A program made the position numbers and the translations under genes. A stretch of 64,000 bases of DNA from the human T2T-CHM13v2.0 reference genome, Homo sapiens. The stretch lies in the NCBI RefSeq assembly GCF_009914755.1, contig NC_060934.1. One strand, given 5' to 3'. The notes below the pieces were generated by a model that saw nothing but the letters and a program-made list of their open reading frames with translations, ran no database searches and was not told the DNA's origin. This document shows positions 53,871 through 64,000 of this stretch, one piece after another. Numbering within the stretch: the first letter of the stretch is position 1; the number at the start of each line of letters is the position of its first letter.

Positions 53871-54208
53871 CATTGACTTCTGTATATTGCAATCTTGTAT
53901 TCTACAGTCTTCCTATAATCACTTTTTGTTTGCAGGAGTTTTCTTTTTTGTGGATTCTTTCAGATATTATTATTATGCTTTTTTTGGCAAACGTATTTAA
54001 CCAACCCGTAACACTCCTTAGAATAAAAGATTTTTGGAATAAAAAAGATCACAATTCTCCACCCAAGAATGTCAGGTGAAGTTAGGACATCAGTCATTCT
54101 TGGAATGGGAGGGACTGGTAGAAGACTTGACCCTTTTTTGTCCCTTTTTCTAGGGTTTTCCGAGGACCATAAGAATTCAAAAACACTCTTAAGAACCCAG
54201 CTCCTCCC

Positions 54209-54285
54209 CGGAGGTTGCAGTGAGACGAGATTGTGCCACTGCACTTCAGCCTGGGTGACAGAGTAAGACTCTGTCTCAAAAAAAA
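54209..54285 (+). mobile_element. Severely 5'-truncated Alu (~70 bp plus tail)
   Basis: ggaggttgcagtgag...ctgtctcA10; TSD aagaacccag(ct/tc)cctccc at 54191-54208 and 54286-54303. Confidence 0.9.
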
Positions 54286-54571
54286 AAGAACCCAGTCCCT
54301 CCCACTTGGCCCTTAGACCCAGGTCTCCAGCCAAATGCCAATTAGAATCTTGTCCTTCGAGTATGTAAGATGAGCAGCTCCTTCCTGCCCCTACACCAAC
54401 TTAGCTCTTTTTTCTTCCAAATTCTATAAATAATACATCTCCCGAATAGCTTTGGCCCACTGGCTTTCCACCTCATAGATGTAAGTTTCTTTTTCAATCC
54501 GAAGTCTGAAAAGGCTTAGGAGGTAACTGAGCTAGTTCAGAGGATAGGCCTGAATCAGTCAGGACGAACTA

Positions 54572-55051
54572 CGGGCATGGGTTGAAGAGTGGCCCCTTCA
54601 TATGTACGTTCATTTCCTAATGCCTGGTGTTGGTGAATGCGCCCTTATTTGGAAATAGAGTCTTTGCAGATGTAATCACATGAAGGATCTCAAGAAGAGA
54701 TCATCCTAGAGGACCGGGGTGGACTCTAAAGGCAATGACTATTGTTTGTACAGGAGAAAGGAGAGGGAGATTGGAGACATAGAGGCATAGAGAGGAAAGC
54801 CCGCGTGGAGAGGGAGGGAGAGGTCGGAGTGCTGTGTCTACAAGCCAAAGGATGCCAAGGGTTCCTGACAGCCCATGGAAGCTAGGAGCAAAGCATGGGA
54901 CAGATTCTCCCGCTGAGTCCTTAAGAAGGGACTAGCCCCCGCACACCTGGAGGGACTTCTGGCCTTCACAGCTGTGAGATAATAAATGTATGTTGTTTTA
55001 AGTCATCCAATTTGTGGTCATTTGTTACAGCAGCCCTGGGAAGCTAATCCA
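54572..55051 (+). mobile_element. MLT1C MaLR LTR
   Basis: cttatttggaaatagagtctttgcagatgtaat...caagccaaaggatgccaagg...ttgttacagcagccctgggaagctaat. Confidence 0.87.
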
Positions 55052-56612
55052 CCAGGCTGTTCAATGCAAACCAGTAACTCCCCAGTGAACCTCCAAATCA
55101 CAGCAGTTCAACACAGAACGGTTTTGGTGGTTTGTTTTATCATTCAGAGGCCGCTCGACATCTGGCAGTGGCTCAGGCTGCCTCCTTCTAGGCCATGATG
55201 AGCACTGGTTCACCTTGCAGCTTCACTACCTCCACACATGACCCAGAGTCCAGCACATCAGGGGAAAAAGGGGAGTAAGGAGCCCACAGATGCGGTCAGT
55301 GGCTCCACGCAGAAGCAGCACATGTTGGCTCCTCAGTGTACTTATTGACCAGAGCTCCTCACACTCCCTGGCAGGATCCTTGTGGGCTTCAGGAAACTGC
55401 ATGCCCAGCCCCGCCCCACCACCCCCCAACCTGATCTTCTCTCCTTCACCGACACCACCAAGAAGTCCTTGGGAGCTGGATTTTAGAAACAGGCTAGTCC
55501 TCCCCTCCGTTCACAGATGATGACATTTCTACCCAACCATTTAAATGACTGTGTGAAATTCACACATGGAATTAATGTCATGCCGCCACGTTTTCACAAT
55601 GTGTGGTGTTCTCCTAGTGTCCCTGATGCTTGAAGACCCTGGCATCGAGTTCCCTGGGTCACCAGCAGCAGTCCTTTAAGAGCAGAGCAATGGCACCCGC
55701 TCTGCAACCCAGTGGCCGCACTCTCACAGACTGGGTGAACATCCTGCCTGCAGCTCCACATGTGGAAGACTGAGCTATTGAAAAATGTCACACCCGTCTG
55801 CACACTCACACTGTAAAATAGTCCTCTCAAGATTCACTTTCCACAACTTGTACTGAAAAAGGAAAATTAAACTCCATGAAAAATGTGACTTGAACCTTCC
55901 TAAGAACAAGGTCAACTTGGTGGGCACGGGAGCCTTCCAGTCACAAAGAACTCCCCGGGGTGGGGGCAAGAAATTCTTAATGTCTTCAGCAAGTGAAGCT
56001 GCATTTTTCTTTTGCAGTGGGTTCACACATTATGTAACCAATCCTACATCCGACCAACTGCAGTCAACACACCTAGGTTTGCCGTACGGCTGTTTAAAAA
56101 AAAATCTACCCAAAAGTTGCAGAATTTTCATGAAGCATGTTGTTTCACTTGGGGCTTTATTCCAGATAATTCAAAAATCCAAGAGAAATAAGTAAATGTA
56201 ACATGCATTCGAAGTCACTCCGATACAGTGAATTGTGAGGTATTTCATTAAGTAAAAATATACACCCCGCTTTAAACCATCTGTTAATAATTGACCAAGG
56301 TTGCTTTCCTTTTAGATTTTGTTTGTTGCTTCATTTTCAAGGGAACTTAGAGTGATTTCAAAATATAAATAAAACAAGTTAGGAGGAAGGGAAATGCAAT
56401 AAAGGAAAAGTGGATTTGTAGAAATCCAGGCTGTAGAACCCCGTACAATGGTGATGATTGGTTATAAATAGGTGGGAGAACTTCCTGATACCCAAAACAA
56501 GGGAGGAAATGCAATCAGTCATACATTTCTAAATGCCCATGGCTCGCATTGGAGTGAAAGCTGGTGAAGACACAGGATGGAAGCCCTGTGAAGAAGGAGG
56601 TCTCCGTCCCTT

Positions 56613-57449
56613 TGGCCCAGGATGTATCCCAGGGCAGAGAGGGGCAGTGTGCGGTGCAGCCTGAGTGCAGTGAGGGCACCGTGATGCGAGCACGCCCTGG
56701 AGATGCCAGAAGCAGCGCCCCTGACAATGCAGGACAAATGCAATCCTCCTGTGTGGTGCAGGATGGGTCCCAGGGCAGAGAGCGGCAGTGTGCAGTGCAG
56801 CTTGCACGCAGTGAGGGCACCCTGATGTGAGTGCACCCTGGAGATGCCAGAAGCAGCGCCCCTGACACTGCAGGACAAGTGCAATCCTCCTGTGTGGCCC
56901 AGGATGGGTCCCAGGTCAGAGAAGGGCAGCGTGAGGGGCAGCCTTCATGCAGGAGAGCACTGTGATGGGAGCGCCCTAGAGACGCCCGGAGCAGTGCCCC
57001 CAACACTGCAGGACAAGTGCAATCCTCCTGTGTGGCCCAGGTGGGCCCCAGGTCGGAGAAGGGCAGCGTGAGGGGCAGCCTTCATGCAGGAGAGCACTGT
57101 GATGGGAGCCCCTGGAGACGCCCGGGGCAGTGCCCCCAACACTGCAGGACAAGTGCAATCCTCCTGTGTGGCCCAGGATGGGTCCCAGGTCAGAGAAGGG
57201 CAGCGTGAGGGGCAGCCTTCATGCAGGAGAGCACTGTGATGGGAGCGCCCTGGAGACGCCCGGGGCAGTGCCCCCAACATTGCAGGACAAGTGCAATCCT
57301 CCTGTGTGGCCCAGGATGGGTCCCAGGTCAGAGAAGGGCAGTGTGAGGGGCAGCCTTCATGCAGGAGAGCACTGTGATGGGAGCGCCCTGGAGACGCCCG
57401 GAGCAGTGCCCCCAACACTGCAGGACAAGTGCAATCCTCCTGTGTGGCC
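56613..57449. repeat. GC-rich VNTR: two ~141-bp units plus four 136-138-bp units
   Basis: caatcctcctgtgtgg recurs at 56741, 56882, 57020, 57156, 57294 and 57432. Confidence 0.96.
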
Positions 57450-59291
57450 TTAGACTGGGCACGACTTTAGAAGGCAAAATTCCCCCAATAAATAAATATA
57501 TACAATCCTTGCACCCCTGTGATCGTTTCACGAGAACTTCTGCATTTAAAGTTCATGGTAGAAAATAAGAACAAAATACAGCTCAATGAAAGGGATTTTG
57601 TGGCGACAAAGGACATAATCTACAAAGGAAGTTTCCCAGCCTTTGAGAACCTACAAAAGCCATGTGCTGTCTGCCCAGAAAAGAAGCGATTAAATACCCC
57701 CTAGTTTGATCAAGCATTTCAGGTGACCATGGTCCTGACTGAAGGCAGATACCTGATTCACATTACGGTGTGGCAATTTGTGTGTCAAAAGACGAGTTCT
57801 TGATTATACTAGTAGATTAACCTCAAGTGCTTAAAGAAATTGCCACTAAAGCCATTTCCAGCAACCTAGACCCTCATAGAATAGCGTGGTATAGATGTGA
57901 AAGTCATGCTTTCTGGAAAGATTGCTCTCTATAACTAATTCACGTGATCGGTTCAGGTAATTTAGAGATTGCCAACTTTGTCACATCCATTTATTCTTAA
58001 CAAGAGCATAGGTTCTAAATAGTAAAATTCATTAAAGTCAAGATTTTTATATTCTATATATTTATAAAATATTATAGATGTTATATGCTTTCAAGCCAAT
58101 GTAACATCTCTGAATTTAGTGATTATTAAAATAAGAATATCAATATCTCTGCAAAATATGTGTGTATTTATCATACAAGATAAAACTATCACCCCTACTT
58201 TTCATAAGAGTTTGTGTGATTAGCTCAAACCCAAAGGTCACAACCCAGTCTTCTTAGTCCTGGTCCTAAATCTTCATAAAAGCGATAAGCGGTATTTCCG
58301 AATGGAGGCTAAAATGCTTATAACACTATTCATTCTAAACGCTATTCCTCACTTCTTTTCCTGACCATGATGCAGCATGGTTTTTCACCAAAAGCATCAT
58401 AAATGCAAGCATTAAAGCAGATTCGATTTTATAGCTAGAAAAGAGATTATTATAACCAATGTCCTTTATTAAAATTGTTTTTATTTTATTTAAAACTGCT
58501 AATACTTGCTAATGTAGAAACTGAAAATATGATGTTTTTTTAAAGTATCCAACAAAATAATTGTATTTTCTACCTTACACCTTAGTGTAAGAAAGTTTAA
58601 AATATATTACATTTATAATGTCTTCAGTTTCTGGGAGGATATGAAGTCATTTTACCAGGTCAGAAAATTGATTTGGTCCTTTGCTTTTTGCTAGCCTCAA
58701 TCATGAAAAATAGAAATTTTGATACAGTATATTCAATCCTCATCCTTAGTAGCATTATTCTGCTTGACTGTGGTGAAAATATTTCATTCTAGAAGAATAC
58801 TGCAGGCCTTGCTAGGGGCCTGCAATGAGTCCAGGCATTCGTGGAGATGGGTAAGTCAGTCCAAGTGTTGCAATTGGATTTTATGCACTCTCCCTACATA
58901 CAACTAAATTCCAAAGCCCAGTTGATGTCATCACTATGCAACTGTCAACCTTGTCCAGAAATTAGTAGAGGAGATTCCGCCAATAGGCAGGAATAAATGT
59001 TTCCTGCCATCGTTTCACATTTAGTAATTACCTGAGGATCTTGTTCGTGCTTCTTAATGTTGAACAGGGTCCAGATCACATTGATTACTGACAAAAATCA
59101 GCACACTTGGAATTCAGATATCAAATACAATTAGATTCACACTGTTTTTGAATTTTTGTATAGATGTGTGTTATTTAATAACAAATTATTTATAACTAAT
59201 TTAGAGTCAGACTATCTATGTTAAAGACCCATCTCTGCCCCTGTATGTTTATGACTCTGCCCCTGTATGTTTATGAACAACTGCTTTAGGC

Positions 59292-59470
<179 letters not shown>

Positions 59471-59554
59471 AGTTTCCACTGAAACTGTGGACTGAGATAC
59501 AAGTAAGTAGACAAATGTTCTAGTGGCATCTTTTCTAATGGCTTTAATTGTATT

Positions 59555-59558
<4 letters not shown>

Positions 59559-59589
<31 letters not shown>
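59559..59589. repeat. (GT)n microsatellite
   Basis: About 15 perfect units. Confidence 0.95.
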
Positions 59590-59590
<1 letters not shown>

Positions 59591-60569
59591 TCGACACAAA
59601 ATTATGAATTTAGGTTGCAAGTTTGACAAGAAGGAGAAGGCATGACATCGTCCTTCAGGTAGAGTGGGAAAGTGAGTGGAAAAATGTGATTCTCCAGTAA
59701 AACTAAGCACCTCCTTAAAGTTCTTTAACTATGTCTTGTTCTCTTTTAATTGAACTGAGTTGGTTTTGGTGGGTTGCAGCTGAAATCCCTTCCTGATGCA
59801 GTACCTGCTTCAAGTCACTCATCCTAAACCATCACTAACGTGAGCAAAGGGGAAGATCCAAACAGAGAGAGCAGCCAATGCAGGGAAAGCCACTTTGGCT
59901 GGGAAGTTTAGCTGCTTGCCCCTCTGTAAGAGTCCGACTCCCTTTTGCTAGGCAAAACCTTCGCTTTTCCATTTTCTCTATTTCTTTAACAGAAACAGTG
60001 TTTCATCAGATTATAGATATCAGAATATTGGTAGAGGCACAACTGCAAAAAAAAAATGTGTTCTTTTTGAGTGATCCCTATTTTCTTACCAGTACAACTC
60101 CAGGCCTCCGCGATCATTCCCAGCTCTGGGACAGGAAGCTACTGAGATACGGAATCACCAAGTGACCTCCAGTTAGAGCCCACATCCCATGCAGAGCAGC
60201 CGTACCTTCCAGATGTTGGGTCCTGCCCAGAGTCACCCTGGAGCAGCCCCACCCTACATCCTTCCTACCCACAGGGCTCCCCAGTGTCTGCTTTCTTTGG
60301 CTCCACAGAGGAAAGTGGACCCAACTTTGGACTGTGACTGCAGGTGTAATTTCGGTTGTCTCTAGTTGGTGAACATCAATGCAAAAGCACAAGGCATAAA
60401 ATCTGAACCTAAAATAACATGAAAATATAAAAAAGCTCTACTAGCATTTATGTAATAAGTAAAACAGAATTTTCAATATGATGCCTTGCAGCTTGCATTT
60501 TCACTAATAAGGATGATAAATACAACGAGGCCAATTTCACTTTTCTTAAAACCTCTCCAAATGGAATTG

Positions 60570-60800
60570 GGAACAGTGAGAACACATGGACACAGGGAGG
60601 GGAACATCCCACACCGGGGCCTGTCAGGGGGTGGGGGGGAAGGGGAGGGAGAGCATTAGGACAAATACCTAATACATGCAGGGCTTAAAACCTAGATGAC
60701 AGGTTGATAGGTGCAGCAAACCACCATGGCATATGTGTACCTATGTAACAAACCTGCACGTTCAGCACATGTATCCAAGAACTTAAAGTAAAATTTTTAA
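60570..60800 (+). mobile_element. L1PA7/8-like 3'UTR fragment
   Basis: gagaacacatggacacagggagggg...gagagcattaggacaaatacctaat...cctagatgac...acttaaagtaaaat; possible short TSD aaatgga. Confidence 0.88.
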
Positions 60801-62264
60801 AAAATGGAGATCTGATTTTTTTGGTATGCATTGCATGCTAGCTTTTATATCAAGTAGACATTTGGCAAGATTTGTTTTCATTCAAATTGTTTAATTTTGA
60901 ATTCTTCTTATATTTCAAACAGTGCCCAGCCCAGGTACGTCCTGAGTAGATGTGAATTTGGGTTAGTGTCATCACTGTCCCAGAATCACTTTTGTCTGAA
61001 TTCTACAGACCTCAGTTACAGTATCTGTGCAGTGCATTGGTGTTCGTTTATGGTAAAGAGCTGCGATGCCTACTGTTCGGAGAGAACAATCACAGGTTAA
61101 CCTTTCTCTGAATGCCTGTCGGAAATGCTGGCTCTGGACTGTCGATTTCATCACTGTGTTAGAAACACTTTTGCCCCAAGTGCATCTCCTGGTCCTGATT
61201 CTTAATTGTTGTTATTTTGCAGAGTAAAATATTGATGAGATTGGTCAAAAAGATTGACAGCTGCATGAATTGTTATTAACCAGACCGTTGGTTGCAGCTC
61301 ACATTTCAATACACAGTAAGATGAAGCATGGCCCTCGGGGACTCTCTCTCTCCTTCTCTTTTCCAATAGGCAGATATTAACCCTTTCATAGCGCTCTGTG
61401 TAACTTTTTTCTTACTTTCCTTTTTCCTTGAGCAATGAAAATGCCACTTATTGATTTCAACCATGAAACTTGAAAAGACCAATCATTTATCAAGTTACAA
61501 ATTGGTAATTATCCAGGAAGCTCAAAGTAGCAAAGGATTCCATATTGCTCGCTTAGGGAGCTAAGGGTGGGAACACAGTGCTGCCTAGCGAGGGCACACC
61601 TCCTTGGACTTAAAGTCAACCTTGGAAAGACAAAAGAAAACAGAGCAGCAGAGAGGAGGGTTAAATCCAAGCAGGGAGAAGAGACATGGCTTCTTCACAC
61701 ACCCAGTGAGTGCAGAGGGACACACAGACACACACTTACAGGAAGGGAATGGCTGATACCATTGGATCGTTGGGACACATTTGTCTATTCCTTCCTTTGT
61801 GCAGCAGACGGAATTGGATCCTAAGGCATCCTGTGAATGGTCTTGTCATCTACAGATCACACAAAACTTCTATCCATCTGACATACATCAGGATGGGTTA
61901 GCTTGCATCTGTGTGATGATTATTGCCAATGTCATTTGTAATCAATAACAGGAACTGAAGAACAACACTACAGTACAAGACAGAAGCCACACTTCCCAGA
62001 GGTGAGAAGTAAGCAATTCCAGTGCCACGCATTGCAATGCAGTTTTCTCCTGAGAGCCAATCTGGGTCTCAGGAAATGGAAGAGACTGAATTAAAGGTAA
62101 GTATTTTCAAGCGCATTAGTCAAAACAATTACTACAGTCAATATTAAGTTATGTGGCAATTTTTAAAGCAGTGTAAGCTGCCCAGTTTTTAGGGATGATT
62201 ACATTAGGGAGTTTCAGCCCAATGGGAATCGTGGTGGAGAATACTTGATGTGCCTATCGGAATG

Positions 62265-62430
62265 AGTTGCGCAGCAGGGTAACCAGGAAAGTCTGTTAAA
62301 AATGAAGATTCCTGCACAGAATTCCAGACCAACTGAAGATGAATTCAGGTGTTGCTAGAGGATCTATCTGTTTAACAAGATTCACGAATGATTATGATGG
62401 AAGAAGCCTGACTTCAGTTTGAGACCCTTG
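62265..62430. mobile_element. MER5-like hAT-Charlie fragment
   Basis: tgttaaaaatgaagattcctg...ccagaccaactgaa...tttaacaag...agtttgagaccc. Confidence 0.55.
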
Positions 62431-62478
62431 AACATTTCTAGTCCTTTTCTCATCGCTTAAATAATTAGCTACGTAATA

Positions 62479-62805
62479 CAGTCATGTGTCCCATAAAGAG
62501 GTTTTGGTTGTGGTCCTATGAGATTATAATACCATATTTCACTGTACCTTTTCTATGCGTTGATATGTTTGGAAACACAAATGCTTACTTACCATTGTGT
62601 TGCAAATTGCCTGCAGTATTCAGTACAGCCCCAGGCTGCCTGGGTTTGTAGCCAGGAGCAACAGGGTACACCAGAGCCCAGGTGTGCTGGAGCCTCTGCC
62701 ATCTGGGTTTACGCAGGTTCACTCTATGATGTTCCTACAAAAGGCAAAATTACCTAAAAATGCATTTCTCAGAACATAGCCCCAGCATTAAGCTATGCAT
62801 GACAT
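62479..62805 (+). mobile_element. Tigger3a (MER7A) DNA transposon
   Basis: TA|cagtcatgtgtc...agattataataccatatt...actctatgatgttc...gcatttctcagaac...tgcatgac TIRs. Confidence 0.88.
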
Positions 62806-63202
62806 ATTCAGAAATATCTTGTCTTCTAGATTAGCTCTTAACAAAAATAAAAATCAGAATAGCAAATAACATAGGGCCGCATACTAAAATCCACGCTTTC
62901 CTCCCCATCCTCCTCTCCAGCCTACCCAGCTGCTGGGAGACTCCCACATTTAGTGACTTCACTTAGAATTTCATATGAGGGTTACCAGGGTTGCCATGTG
63001 ACACATGTAATTATTTTTTAATTCATCAGCTTTATCTAGGGACTTGTTTCTCTGAGGAGTAAAAGTAGAATTTGTCTACACTCTTCCCTGCCATTCCCTT
63101 TTCCATTGCTTACAGTATAATTATATAGTTACTTTAATTCTACATATTTAATTTGTTCATAATTTATAATATTTTCTTAAACTCCATGCCCTATTTCACT
63201 AA

Positions 63203-63565
<363 letters not shown>

Positions 63566-64000
63566 TATGGCTTTTAAATATCTTTCAAGTTTTTCTTTCT
63601 TTTTTTTTTTTTACTTTCACAGGATTAATTACATTTATATTATTTTTGTAACCCAAAATAAGATTGTGTGTTTTGTTTACAGATTAATTTCAAAAGAAAA
63701 AACAACCAGCAGCCTTCATTATTAGCATCGTTAATAATTTCAGAGATTGTGAGGCACAATCTGACCACTTCCCCAAGGAATTGTTTCAAAACCCTTCTGT
63801 TTTCTTGAGCAAACCCAGTTGCTCAAACGAACGCCACCATTTAGACTGTTATCCATTTGGTTCATAACTCTTTGAAAACTAATTATTTTCATGAAGTTTC
63901 TGATTACCTCCATTTTCTTACTGTGTGAATACTCGTATGCCACATTCCCTTTTCACTTAAACCTAAAATGCCTTTACTCAATTAGTAAAAAGTCAAATGA

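Noticed and set aside
56613-57449. VNTR as a CRISPR-like array
   Set aside because: Units are head-to-tail without unique spacers, in eukaryotic context, with no cas genes.

Overview
Primate (hominid, most likely human) nuclear DNA, intergenic or deep intronic and dominated by repeats: AluY/S/J, L1PA2 to L1ME, L2, MIR, L3/CR1, MaLR and ERV1 LTRs, MADE1, Tigger3a, MER5 and several tandem repeats. I found no host protein-coding exon, RNA gene or CRISPR array; the ORF track is chance ORFs plus transposon ORFs. The most unusual structure is at 0.8-2.5 kb. An ancient L1 ORF1 is split at its GA tract by a ~1.6 kb stack: microsatellite, an apparent antisense mRNA 3'UTR retrocopy carrying a MADE1, an old MT-ND5 NUMT abutting it, and a near-perfect fold-back duplication. 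Other points of interest: an L1PA2 with a short 3' transduction and a new in-frame ATG, an ERV1 LTR ending in a poly(A)-like tail instead of U5, a 5'-inverted L1MA, a CR1/L3 reverse-transcriptase fossil, and a 138/141-bp VNTR with a stop-free frame. Repeat family calls come from remembered consensus sequences, not searches, and boundaries of old elements are approximate. I see no evidence of a new protein-coding system.
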